Assembly (NCBI GenBank): GCA_964658305.1
Contig: OZ210885.1
Coordinates: 22,196,001-22,260,000 of the forward strand
From: Leptogorgia sarmentosa
Taxonomy: Eukaryota
Reading direction: 5' to 3'
Length of the DNA stretch: 64,000 nt
In this document: positions 37,393 to 50,847 of the stretch, in pieces
Layout: each line of letters begins with the position of its first letter
Position numbering within the stretch: position 1 is the first letter of the stretch
Translations under genes and position numbers: made by a program
Notes under the pieces: model-generated
Database searches by the model: none
The model's input: only the letters and a program-made list of their open reading frames with translations
Told to the model about the DNA's origin: nothing

Positions 37393-39964
37393 TTAAGATC
37401 ATTGAAATAATAACCGTTGAAATGACGTTACTCAGGGCTAACCAACCAGTAAATAACTTGCATGTTGTAGCAATTTATCGCTCTGCATCAAAAGTGAAAA
37501 TCTCAAGGTTCATAAATGCCTTAAAAGATTTGCATTCTACTTTTCGAAATGATCCAAATATTCCTGTTATAATTGTTGGAGATTTCAATGTTAATCTAAG
37601 TGAAAATGCTTCCGACAAAAATACACTTTGTAAATACCTAATCGAAGAAAAGAAATATGTACAACTTATTAACCAAGTGACAACCGATTATAAATCACGA
37701 ATTGATCACATTTACACTAATATACATCACAGAGTGAAAAACAGTGGTGTTTTAGAATCATACTTTAGTGATCATAAGCCTATCTTTGTCTCACTTATTT
37801 AATGTATAATCTGGTAATTTTTGCACAATTAATGCGACAATGCAGGGTTGAAATAGTAAAACGAAAATCAAGTTAGCTATGGATAAATTGCAATGAGGGC
37901 ATTCGGGCAGTTATAATAATCTTCACACAATATCGACAAACATAAATATATATTGTACATTGCCAACTGCCCCCTCTTTCCCGAGGGGTTGATGTCCATG
38001 CTTGTCAGGGACATATAAAAGAAGATTTCCCCAAAGTGCCGTCCAGGTAATACAAAGGTAAGTTTACTTCATTCATTTTATCTCACTTTTTTCTCAAGTT
38101 CGTGTTTTCCTGACCGGATCATGATTCAAATTAATTCAATTTTTATTATTTTATAGTGACATCATAACCATCGTCTTCATTTAAGATTATATGTAAAGGA
38201 AAGCCAGAAGAAATAAGGTAAAGGTAGATATTGTTTGTGGTAGCAATTTATATTATGATTTGCATAAAGCTTACTTTATGTCCTTTCAGTTAGAAATTTT
38301 TACCCAGATGGAATTTAATCAATTAGTCTACAAGAACACCTGCTTAGGGCTTGCTTAGGGCTAGTTTCTATTAAACGTTTTCGTCCTGATTCATCCATAA
38401 AATCAAAATTACTTTTAAGCATGTAAATTTAATGTGCAATCTGCTTTTAGCTGTTGGAAATAACAAAGTTGAATTTCAGATTTCTTTCGTTTTACGTAAA
38501 TTTTAATCAAACAATTTACAAACCAAAAAATTTACAAAAACCAAAATGCCGCTTGTTCAGTTTTTTATATGCCCTGTATATGGATGGCATCACCCAAGAT
38601 GAATTTGTTACGATAGTTACCGCCACCAACTGGAAACTATATATACTTGACTAAAAAACAGGGCAATTACTTGAAACTAAACCAAATCAATACACATTTT
38701 CATTTCAGGTCTAAAATTGTGCAAACAGTACAGAAATCTGTGCTGTATGAAGAAGTTCCAATGAAATTATAAGATTAAAATTTACAAACTGGGTTTGGCT
38801 GGCAAATATACACTGTACTATCGGACGACTGATTATCTTGAATTTCATCTGTACTGTTATTGTCAGCCACCAATAGAACTATACGACGATCGTAAATATA
38901 TATGTCATCTTAACTTTCGAAAATCAAAACATCGAAGTTTTATAAAGACATGGTCACGAAGAAAGTTCAGCATTCGTTCCAAAGCTGAAGAAGTCAGGTT
39001 TTATGAACTTTATGTATAACCACATGGCAACTTCCGTCTATGTTGTAAAGAACATTACTTAACCAAGGACACCTATACTCACTCCATGTTGCACATTGGT
39101 TCCAATGTCAGTCATAGCAAGCTATTATACAACAGCTAGTATACCACAATTAGATCTTGCCACTATGATATATCGGGAAATAAGTAAAAAATCATTTTTA
39201 TGTACTATCTAGTTGTCCTGTATCACCAAAGTCGTGAATGCTGCAATTTGGATTCACTTGCAACTCGGTTTATCAGTTATAAGTTTTCTAGCTCGTTTTT
39301 TTACATCATGTAAAATCTAAAAACATCTATTTCTTTAATTAATATGCTTGAAACGAATTACATGGGCGGACATAGCTATATTGCAGCATTTATTGAGAGG
39401 CTGCATGCATGCACATGTTACACAAAATGATTCAAGGCGAGATTGTGATATTTTGAAATAAGTAGACCCGAATCCACACAATATTGACCTTTAGCTTCTA
39501 TATTCACTCTTGACACAATCTCTCCATGTAATAAATACGGTATGTAAACATATTAAACTTCAAATGATGCAAGTTATAAGACCGCTACTTGCGTAATTAT
39601 TTTCTTATTACACGTAATAAGGGTAATAAGCAATATACAGCCAAACCACTAAGGTAACAGGGTAATAAGGGTAATAAGCATTAAAAATACAACTGACCGT
39701 TCCTAGGTATAATTCTCACAACTATAAACTCGCTGCCAGAAAAGAAACCTAAAGTTATTTATCGCTAAAAATCGAGTTAACGCCGCAGCTTACAGCTAAA
39801 ATGACAAAATCTCAAAAATTTTAAAAAAGTCCAAAAATCTATCCTGTTGAATAACAGCGTGCCAAAGGTACTATAATACTGCAAAGTTTGAGAAAGAAAA
39901 TATTATAAAATGGAAATATTTATTGGCCATGGCCATGTAAAATTCTTCCATGTGCATGTTATAA

Positions 39965-40171
39965 CGAGTGTTACTTTATTGGCAAAGGCAACATTTGTAG
40001 ACCCATTTCAGGCGGAAATGGGTGTCACATTAATCTGGCACTTTGGGAGTTGGCACAGCTTTGATAACAAGCGAGTGTTACTTTATTGGCAAAGGCTACA
40101 TTTGTAGACCCATTTCAGGCGGAAATGGGTGTCAAATTAATCTGGCACTTTGGGAGTTGGCACAGCTTTGA
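39965..40171 (+). repeat. 107-bp direct repeat x2, each with a 9-bp-stem hairpin (ACCCATTTC-AGGCG-GAAATGGGT)
   Basis: CGAGTGTTACTTTATTGGC at 39965 and 40072. Confidence 0.92.
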
Positions 40172-40255
40172 TTACATTTCATCTGGCGAGAAATCGCTTC
40201 ACTATAGGTTCCTAACTCCTAAGCGTGCTAAGATTTTATCTTTTGGCTTCAAGTC

Positions 40256-43200
40256 ATGTCGAAGCGACGCCGCGGACAAGATCTGTTTTCACGTGAAGCG
40301 GTCCTTGCGCGTTTGGAGGCAAAATCAGATGTTCATCATAACATAACAAATATTGCAAATTATGAAAGTGCAAAACGTCTTGAAATGACGCAAATCTTGA
40401 ACGAGAAAGAAAGCATTGGCGAAGAGGTAATGGTATTCGTTCTTTCTTCGAAACTAACAATGAAAGGATTGCTAACACTAGCTATGGCGATTAAACACGT
40501 TCCTGCGGCATATAGTCAAACTGGTCACGAGGCCGAGCTCGATGGCTACTCAAACGTTAGGCTGTACGCAATTGGTATGCTAATGAAAAAGGCTGGGTAT
40601 ATGATCGAAGCAAGTCATTTGGAAACCTACGTGACATTAGTTGAAACGCGGTGTCCTTCCTTACTCGTGTCTTACAAGCAAAACTTCAGTGATACACTTT
40701 GGAAAGCTACAGAAGAAGAGGCTTTTAACTTCAACAGCATGATTGCGCCTCCAGTTGATCAATGTCTTCGTTGTAAGAAGCCGTTGACCACCAACAACAA
40801 GCCAACCAAAGCCACATTGTACACACTACATGGGCCAATCCCTCTGACCAAGATTAGACTTCGCTGTCGGGAATGTGCTGTCCAATATGGGATTTGCACA
40901 TTTAGGGATAAGTCTGGAGAACATCTTTACCCAAGGTCTCATCGCCATCATCTTGTGGAAGCCGGCAACGTTACCTACCTTGAAAAAGCGTTATACGAAT
41001 GGATACCGTCATTCGGGTATGAATCTTTAATATATTATTATATATTTTTGCACACATTTGTTGAAAATTATCTAATCTTTTTCTCACACATCGTACTTTG
41101 GTTTTCCCCCTTTCGAGTCCCCCCGCCCACAAAGCTAAGGAGCTTTTTTTCGGACCCCTCCATTCTTTACGTATAAAAGTGCGAGGCGATTATTCGATAT
41201 TGATATTATTTTTTCTGAACAGCAACCATGCTTGGGTGTCATTCAGTGGATTTGCTCAAGTTTATAATGAAGTGTTTGCGAATGAAGTCAGTCGCTATTC
41301 ACGCACATTTGGAGGTACTCTAAGATTAAACTTAAATCTGTCATCTGTGTTAATAAAAAAAGCTATAACTACATGTTCTATGCTATAGTATCTATTGTAT
41401 CTTGAGTTTTTCAGTTTATCTTCGTAAAGTGCTAATAAAGTCAATTCAATTCAATACAAATTAGACTAGTAATTAAGTATTTTATGCATCTTCCCATACT
41501 TGCTAATTGGCAATAATAAAACCAATTTAAAAATTCAAAATGTTTTGCTGCAAAATCTTCCATTTATTTAATTTTTTTTAAGAGAGTACTCATGGTTACG
41601 AGGCTGGCAAAGAAGCTGCTGAAGGCCCATCTATAAGTGATGAAGGTACATATATTTTACTGTTTGTTCACCAGAATGCCAGAATACTGTGTTTAGCCTT
41701 GTTATATTTTTATCCATGTGGATAAAATTTATAAGTTTGTTATGTATTGATAACAGAATTAAATATTTTTGAAGCTATTGAACAGCAAGACCTCATGGAA
41801 GTGGCATGTGATACTAGTACAGACAGTGAAGAAGGTACTGTATGTATAGCTTCATTGAATCATGAGGGGATCGATTTAGGGACCAATATGACATTAGGTA
41901 CGATTGCTATAATAAATTTAATACAACTAAATTATATTGCTTGCATAGGTGTATATTATAATATTGGTGAGATTACTGCAAAAACAGTGGCAAAAGCTTA
42001 TTGGAAAGAGGAGGTCAATTGTGAATTGGCTGATCTAGGGTTGGATGAGCAATGGATTTTCAAAAATGATGCTGGAAGCTTGAGTGGGACATATGATGAT
42101 GCAATGGAGTATGCTGACAAACATCGGAGTCACAATATATATTCCCATGACTGTTCTGAACGTTGCCGAAAAAAGGGTACAGTATGGTTCAATTCTCCTA
42201 ACTTCATATTTGGTGCAGCCATTTCTTTTGATAATTTAAAATGTATATTAAATATATCTATAAATTTCAGAACATGGTAATGAAAAATTATTGCATTAGG
42301 TAGTGGTTAGAAAAAGGGCTGTATTGTATCATTATATTAAAACTGCCTTAAATTAAACGACAAAATTAGGTTTCCAGGAGATTTAGGCCCAGAATACTGG
42401 TGTACTATCAATCGATAGTTTATAAAATATAATTGTGGACAAATTTTGTAATTTATGTTTACAATTACATAGGAAAAATATTTATGGTACCGTAACTATC
42501 AATAATAAATTTTATAGGTTGTGGTGCATTATATGTTGCTGATGGCAACTGGAAACTTTGCCATTTACATTGTATGTGGAAAGTCCCAGTTGAGATCAAA
42601 GGATTTGGCCAAATAAATTACCCCTCTGTATGTCCTTTGACACCAGTTCGGGGTAAGGCTTTTTGCTCCATCCATGTCGCTGCTGCAGAAAAACAACAAA
42701 TCGAAACTGATTTGAAAGGATTTTTAAAAACATGTGGAGTGAATGATGATGATTGCAATAGTGATGGTAAGTTTTACAGATGATTTAAAATTTATGCCAA
42801 ACATGTGAAATATGGGCCGTTTCTCGATATATGATCAACCAAAATAGGTTAGGGTTAGAATATGAAATGAAAGTGTAAGACTGAATTCAAACACACTAAT
42901 TGTGAGACCTTTTATGAAGGTATGGTATTAAGAAGTAACGACAAAGTGGAGCAGCAGCTTGATAAGTTGTCAAAATCATCTACGCCTAGTAATGCAAATG
43001 CCACAACATTTCAAGGTAAATAAAATAGCTGTTATTATGAAATTTACTGTATATTGTACCAACTGTGGATAGTTATTTCCATTTGTATATATTAATTTAA
43101 GTTTCATAATTAAGGAACGTCAGAATTCTTGGAAAAACATCCGAATATTGTTGGTGGTGATAATAGTGACCAAGTCGATGAAGTCATGTGCAACAAGGAC

Positions 43201-43935
43201 ACTGGAGGAAAGACATCATTGCACAGCTGGTCAAGAGGATCAATGTGGATTGTCACTGCAGGTGGCATGATTGAGTATTTCCAGCCTCTGTATAGGTATG
43301 TAGTCAAGAATGGTTATTGCAATACTTTATAGAATAACTATATATGTAGATGTCTAGTTTTATATTAAGAAATAAGAATACAAATATAACTCTGTACTCT
43401 TTATTTCCTTTCTTGTTGCAGGTCTGAATCTCCTACTCAGGCATTTGTAATATTTATGTCATGGCTGCTATTGAAAATCAAACCTATGTTGACAAATGGT
43501 TCTGCTATTGAAGAGACCTCCAAAAAAATTAAGTCAATAACTTTGTCTTATGACAATATGTGCCACGTTGACAACATGAAGATATGCAGACAAGATTTGC
43601 CACTTCCAGCACCACTAAACACTGCATGGAAAGATATGGGGAAGGTTATTGATAGGTTACACTTGCGAAACCACAAAGATGCAAAATGCAAAAGGGAATA
43701 CAATCCAGAAGGGAGAATACCAAGAGAGTTCAACTCAATGGCTGCTGAACAGACATTTGTCTGGGCCAGTCGAATGAAAAAGATAGTCTGTGCAATGCCC
43801 CGACTTCACCATTTCTTCTATTTGCATCGTTCGATCAAAAGGCGTAATGCATATACACAGAGGTGCTATAAACAGAACAAGAACCCTGTCTTGCCAAAAT
43901 TGAGCAAGGACCACTATAATAAATGTAAAAAATAG
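40256..43935 (+). CDS. Spliced KDZ (Kyakuja-Dileera-Zisupton) transposase with CxC5/CxC6-like cysteine clusters
   Basis: PPVDQCLRC...TLYTLHGP...CREC; HDCSERC; VADGNWK; CPLTP...FCSIH; SESPTQ; YDNMCH; IDRLHLRNH; NSMAAEQTF. The middle small exons are not fully resolved. Confidence 0.82.
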
Positions 43936-44428
43936 GAAGCTTGAAAAAAATGATACATATATTTCCATATTATAACACCAGGCATCCGAATTAAGGTTGG
44001 TGATCAGCAAATGTTGACATGATTGCTTAGTACCCATCTTTGTTTTGGGACTGCAAAAATGTGCGAACTAGCAAAGGCATTTCTAATAATTTGAAAAAAA
44101 TTAAAGTTTTGTTGTGCACAGTTTTCATCTTCAGTTCGCAACCTGATTCACACACCTTAGGTAATCTCAGGTTATTTGAGTAAGTATTTTTTGCTGCATG
44201 CTTTGTGTTAGCTAGGTTTGCTGATGTATTGTTGTTCTGCCTCGAGATCACAATTGCAAATTTCCAATTCCACCAATCCAATTCAGATGCCTGTGCATTT
44301 TATATTACATTAAAATTACTACATAATATTAACATGTGTTGAAGACAGGGTTACCATATATCACGAATAAATAAGCTAAACATGTAACAATGCTCTTTGC
44401 TTTTCTTTGTGTTTGCCTTTTGTTTTCA

Positions 44429-47400
44429 TTATTTTCTTGAAGGTGCTAATGATAGTTTTGCTAATTTCTTGATTTCTGGCAACCTTGGTTGTAATTAAAC
44501 TAAATCATTAGGTACCGATAAATGTTCTCGGAACTGGTGTGAATAAAAGTAGACTTGTTCAACGAATGCTTCTCTTTGAATTGAACTGAAAACTGTGTAC
44601 ATGACTAACCCTCTGTATTACAGTTTACGTGATTTGCGTGTTCGCTTTGAGGAGGTTGGACGAAAGGATGGACTGAGTCCATCTTCTAGGCCAGTTGTGC
44701 TGCTTTGACTTGTGGTTGGTGTGGACGATGAAGCTGCAGAAAACATATTATGAGTAATGAAAAATACATAATATGAGTTAAAAATTGACAGCCAGTGTAA
44801 GGTTAAAAAAAATTATTATTTTGGCTTACTTTGAGTCAATAAGGTGCTCAACGTATCCGCAGGGATTGGGTTAGTTGGATCAGTAAGGTTTTCAACGGCT
44901 GTTTTACTTTCCAGCACTCTTATTTTCTCATGGGCCTCAGCCAGCTCTCTTTTCAAATTCACAATAATGTCATCTTTAGTTGACATTTCTTCATTGTGAT
45001 GCTGCTCCAAGTTCATCAGTTCCTGATAATGCTGCTCCTTCTCAGTATTTAACTCAACCACCAAAGCCTTACTGACATGGAGCTCCTTTCTAAGTTCTTC
45101 AAGCTCAGTTGCGGTGTTGATCTCTACCTCTGCAGGTGTATCTTGGTCTGATAATGTATCATCTTCCATAACATCACTGTCATCTTGTACAGGTGCAAAT
45201 ACTAAATTAAAATATAAATTATAAAACGAATATCAGAGATAATAATGTACAAGATAAAAATGTACACATAATACAGCAGTCAAACACTGCACATATTACA
45301 TATACATTATCAAAGCATTTTTGTGATTCCATGTGATTCCCCTGCACTGCTGTAGACTGGATGGTCTAGCTGTACGCTCAAATAAAACGGTGAAAGTATT
45401 TAATTATATAGCCACTTCAATTAATCACCTTTATCTAAACTGTCCAAAACAGAAGCTTCCAATGCCCGTCGTGGTATCTTCAGACAAGGATCTTGGTTTG
45501 CACCAGTAAAGCGAGAGCGGAACTTAACGTTAGCACCAGGAATACGTGAAATAGTTGTTTTAATGGCTTGGGTATTGATTGTTACCCCTGCATCACGCAA
45601 GTATGCCTCCGCCTTTGCTATGTTGACATGGATTGTATCTCCATGCAATGACTGCCTGCTGTCTACTTTGGGCTTCAACCATTTAGAAATCTGTAATAGG
45701 TAAAATATTGAAAAATTCAAATACAATATAGATAAATTGTTTAATAATATAACTATAACATGAGTAAAACTTATGACTCAAATTGCTTTAAAATACGAAC
45801 TTAAATCAATACATACATCTCACTGATAATTTTTTTAAATTTAAAATTTACGTGTAAACACTAAACAGTCTAAACAAATCATATAGATATGAAAACATTT
45901 GAAATAAAAAATATACATAAATGTAACAATGATTCCGTAGTGTTTCCGCTTATATTGATATTAGGGTATTTTCCATGAAGTCTGACAAGGAGGTTTGTGT
46001 TGGATATACAGTGGAGCCCCACTTTACAACCACCTTGTCAATACGACCTCCTCATTAATATTACCAAAATATTCTAACCGAATATTATTAGGAACACGCA
46101 GTATGCTTCATACACATATCCATTTAAGTACCTCATCAATACTTGTTCCCTTCGCTTTAACAGTATTGACAATGGCAGTTGTGAATGAATTGACATCATT
46201 TGGACCAGAAGAAGACCCTGCGTAAAAATCTTTCACATATGGAATGAACTTATGTTCCAGGTAGTTGTCCAGATCAGTTTCACTTATGATTACTGCATCA
46301 TCAACCAACTCAATAATCTAATAAGATACAACAAAAGTTTGTTTTTAACCCATGAACACATCGCGTTTCATCATTTGGGTTAACAATAGACCCAATTACC
46401 TTTCTTGCGAAGAAGCGATAAACAGAATAAATACTGGACAATCTGTTTGGAAGTCCTTCCATGTATTGGTTGAAGAATTTTACATGCTCGTTCAAGTTGG
46501 TGAAATCCAATCCCTTTACCATTCGGATCACATCTGGTAAACAACTCGTTTTTGCCAATTGAAGCATCATTTGTTGCTGGTCCAAGAAATTGGATGCACC
46601 TTTCACCATTTTCTCAAACCATATCGGTGCAGTTCTTTCAAATGATCTGGAATTAAAATTGTTAAAATTTTGAAATAGTTTCGGGAAGCTTGTTGAGTTG
46701 CCCACCCTGAAGGGTGAAAGACTCGTAATCACTTGACAAATATGCTCATGACCTTGTGAAAAATGAACTAAACAAATTACCTAATGTCATCATCCAAGGT
46801 AAAATTCACGGTAAGGAGGAATGAAGTCTCAGGTAATTCTGTTCCAAATTGCTTTGTTTGCCTGCCACCTCTCTGAAATGTTGACACCAAAACTTTCTTC
46901 ACGGTATTTGGATGGGTTGGGTCATCCCAAGAAACTGGCACAGTTGTTTTCATCAAATCTGCTGAAAGTGATTCTCCAGATGTTTGTGAAATAAGCTTTC
47001 CTCCAAGAAGTTTGTTAATAACAATCAGTGATGTTGACTTGCCACTTGATGGATTACCAACAGCCATTGGAACTGAGCAAGAACCTGAAAGTTGGATTGA
47101 TGGCAACAGTTGCATGAACTACACACAAAACTTCACAGTTTGGTTAAATATTTATTATTTCTGAAGAAACATTTCTAAATTCATAAACAAATTGTTGGGG
47201 AATTTGCTTTAAATTGTAAATTAACCCAGGGTTAAACTAACCGGCTTTTGAACAACCGGCCCCTGGTAGAAAAATAACATCTCACCTACAACATTTAGAA
47301 CTTGGTGATAGTGGAACACTGAGACTGATCCAGCAAGAAACATAAAAAATGGGAAGAAGTTACAGCTGAAGAACCTGCGTGCTTCATCGATGAACTGTTT

Positions 47401-49665
47401 CCAACTAAACATTTGAAGTGGGACATCAATATTTATTGGTTGTGCAGTAAGGTATTCCCTGAGGTGCCTGTCACTGAGTGCCATTTGCATGCTCTTCAAG
47501 TAGGGGGCCATCAGAACATATTTATGGTTTTCTTTGGGTATGAGAATACCTTCAGCATCGATCTATAAAAGAGATTCTTAAATAACATTCGCTCGATATC
47601 AAAATTGGGCTGCATGCATGCATGTGTTAGGGGGAAATCAAAGTGTCCAAGAAAATTTTGCCTAGCCGAAAAAATACTACAGGTTTATATTTCAACAAAA
47701 ATATAGCTAATGCAGGTTTCGCATATGTATTTTATACCTGAACCTCTTCATTCAGCACATACACCGCACTTTCCAACCCTTCAGTTTTTTGTTGCCCGAT
47801 GACCAACGCTGCTTTTTTTGTGGCTCTATCACCATTGCCATCTGCCCAAAACTCTTCGCTCATTTTCATCAGGAGGTTGCACAATTGATTGTCCTGTACA
47901 CTCTCCCACAGAACTCCACCTCTGCAGGAAAACATACGATTTATCGCATTTCTGAAACTTTTTGCGACATTGAGCTCATCGCACGTCACGAATGCCTCCC
48001 TATTATTTTTTAAAAAAATTTAGTAGGATTCTAATTCTAAAAATTTAAACTGTATTAAAAGTCCTGCGCAAATGATCAAGGTTACATCACACCACTGAGA
48101 AGTGCTTTAAAAAATTGGCTTTCCTTTGTTCGCAACGAAGTGATCGTATTAACGGGGTACTTTCATCATGAAATAATAGGTTTTTTTTTGGTACAAAAAA
48201 GCGGTGTTATAACGAGGTGGTCCGTCGCCTATAGTATAGCGGGGTTCCACTGGACTTAAAATTCGCTCTAAATAACACCTCCTGAAACAAAGCAATCGTG
48301 TAATCTCGCAGTTCCGCATTCCTTTATATATGTTTTACTAACAACGTGTTTTAATGTTTTATAGTATTGAATTTAGAATATATACATGCAATGCTACGCG
48401 AGAAACTTCATGAAATGTTAATTCCTTCAGAGAGGTTTTCCACTTTAACGCAAATGAACGTTTTATTTTAGGCTTTGATTTTTCTTTTCCGTTTTCCCCA
48501 CTAGCTACATACACCTATAATGTTTTCATTAATTATCTGCATGGGGCGATGGTCGGTGATATTTCTTTTAATGGCTGTCGCCAAGTGTGGCAAGAGGTGT
48601 AAAACTGATAAGAACCGCTTGCCGCAGTTTATCTGACCGACGCCGACCAGCCTTTGTGGATGTACCCTAACCCGCGTTTAACAACTCACGCTGTGCCGGA
48701 ATGCCAGCTTGTGTCTATATCCAAACTTTTCTGGCGGACAAAAAAAAACATTCCTCTATATCTCCACCACACTTCATTATTTAATCCAAAAATTCAGAAA
48801 TATGACAAGCACTAATTTATGTGTCCGTAATACAACTATGTGTAAAAAATAAATGATGTAAAAATGTGTGATGTAACCTTCGCCTAAGGCCACGCAACAT
48901 AATACTATTAGGCCACCCACCCTATTGCATTGGAAGCCACTTTAGATATATTTATTGGAGTATATAAAACATAAACACTACATGCCGTTATAATATATGA
49001 TTTTAATCCAATTTGATAAAGAAACTTGTTTTGTCTTTCAAATGTATATTACAATTATAAGAGCGACTCGATGTTTCTATTTAATAAAGCGGCAAAATAA
49101 GCTTTTTCTCCTTAAAAATTATTGCCAGATTTCTCGAAAATCATCATTCAAAACGATACTAACATAAAGCGTTTTTTACTTTTTAATAACTGATGTTTTA
49201 AGCCAGTCCAGAACGAAAACAATTAAAATACACAATTACACAAATATAATCCTACAAGTTTGCATTTGAGTTTGCACGCTTATAGTTATAGATCCAAACT
49301 AAAAAATCTCCCAGCACCTGACATTTTTATCTGCGCGAACTTTGTTTATTCTCTGATTACCTAGCTATACGATTAAATAATTCCTGCCCACTAAAATCTT
49401 TGCGGTTTGGTTAAACTATATACAAAAGAAGTATTCGAGTGCTTATTACTTACATCTTTACTCCGTCCCCTGTCCTTTCCACGTCGAGTAAGTAGCCGTT
49501 GTAGCGACTTAAGCCACTCGGAAAAATTACAAAATTCTTCATGCGAAAATAAAAGTTCGCCACCGACTTGTAAGTGTTGTCACCTACTTTGGCATGTATT
49601 GATAACTTATTCTCTCTGTCCTGGCGGACAGAGAGAGATTTTTTTGGAGAAGGAGAAGCCTGCAT
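44429..49665 (-). CDS. Multi-exon P-loop NTPase, SF3/DUF927(Cch)-like helicase candidate with C-terminal coiled coil
   Basis: In-frame exons 49665-49454, 47999-47738, 47562-47286, 47084-46781, then from 46646. Walker A GNPSSGKST, Walker B VSWDD, motif-C-like LLTVN, Arg-finger-like ERTAPIWF. The 3' exons and stop are approximate. Confidence 0.7.
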
Positions 49666-50017
49666 TTTTGCCAAACTTCGACAGCGCTTATTCTGTTATT
49701 CAACACGTTAGCAGCAACAACAGCCTGACCACACTGACTTTGCTGCCAGGCTGCCAGTGAGTTGGCACCCAGCGTGCGAACTGCGAATTTGATTGAATGG
49801 TGACAAACACCGACTGCGAACTCGATTGGCTGGTGACAAACACTGACAAGATCACCATCGGCCACCCGACAGGCACATTCGCTTTTTGCATTGTTCACGC
49901 GAAAAAACTCGCTGAGCGGAAAACGGGCTTTACTGTTAATTTACGATAAATAAATAGAATGCTAACCAAGACGTGAGTTTAAAGGCCGCTTCAACCCCTA
50001 GCTATACCGTGTATATA

Positions 50018-50845
50018 TCTTATTACCCTTACTACCTTATTATACGTGCGTATACCCTTATTACCTTATTACCTTATTACCCTTGTTACCTTATTACCCT
50101 TGTTACCTTATTACGTTATTACCCTTATTACCTTATTACCCTTATTACCTTATTACCCTTATTACGTTATTACCCTTATTACGTTATTACCCTTGTTACC
50201 TTATTACCCTTATTACGTTATTACCCTTGTTACCTTATTACGTTATTACCCTTATTACCTTGTTACCCTTATTACGTTATTACCCTTATTACCTTATTAC
50301 GTTATTACCCTTATTACGTTATTACCCTTGTTACGTTGTTACCCTTATTACGTTATTACCCTTATTACCTTGTTACCCTTATTACGTTATTACCCTTATT
50401 ACGTTATTACCCTTGTTACGTAATACCCTTATTACGTTATTACCCTTATTACCCTTGTTACGTTATTACCCTTATTACGTTATTACCCTTATTACCTTGT
50501 TACCCTTATTACGTTATTACCCTTATTACGTTATTACCCTTGTTACGTTGTTACCCTTATTACGTTATTACCCTTATTACCTTGTTACCCTTATTACGTT
50601 ATTACCCTTATTACGTTATTACCCTTGTTACGTAATACCCTTATTACGTTATTACCCTTATTACCCTTGTTACGTTATTACCCTTATTACGTTATTACCC
50701 TTATTACCCTTATTACGTTATTACCCTTGTTACGTTGTTACCCTTATTACGTTATTACCCTTATTACCTTATTACCCTTGTTACGTTATTACCCTTATTA
50801 CGTTATTACCCTTATTACGTTATTACCCCTATCACCTTATTACAT
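50018..50845. repeat. ~820-bp complex satellite of TTA/TTG + TTACCC/TTACC/TTACG units
   Basis: Directly visible; produces artefactual Leu/Tyr/Pro ORFs in all three plus-strand frames. Confidence 0.97.
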
Positions 50846-50847
50846 TA

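Larger units (their letters stand above)
32288..37802 (+). pseudogene. APE-like endonuclease domain typical of a Helentron C-terminus, split by the Kolobok insertion (pieces 32288-32493 and 37393-37802)
   Basis: Left piece IFVES...FRND...GTAVYVK; right piece AIYRS, IVGDFN, IDHIYTN, YFSDHKPI. Confidence 0.75.
39604..50845. mobile_element. Putative two-gene KDZ-transposase/helicase element; ends imprecise
   Basis: Convergent transposase and P-loop genes; degenerate inverted motifs at 39702-39784 and 49925-50001; inverted TAAGGGTAA and TTACCCTTA arrays outside them. No clean TSD was found. Confidence 0.6.

Noticed and set aside
46007..48252. CAGTGGAGCCC (~46009) and GGGTTCCACTG (~48252) as TIRs of one element enclosing the helicase exons
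   Set aside because: Better explained as two independent degenerate MITE halves in separate introns; the gene's exons continue beyond both.
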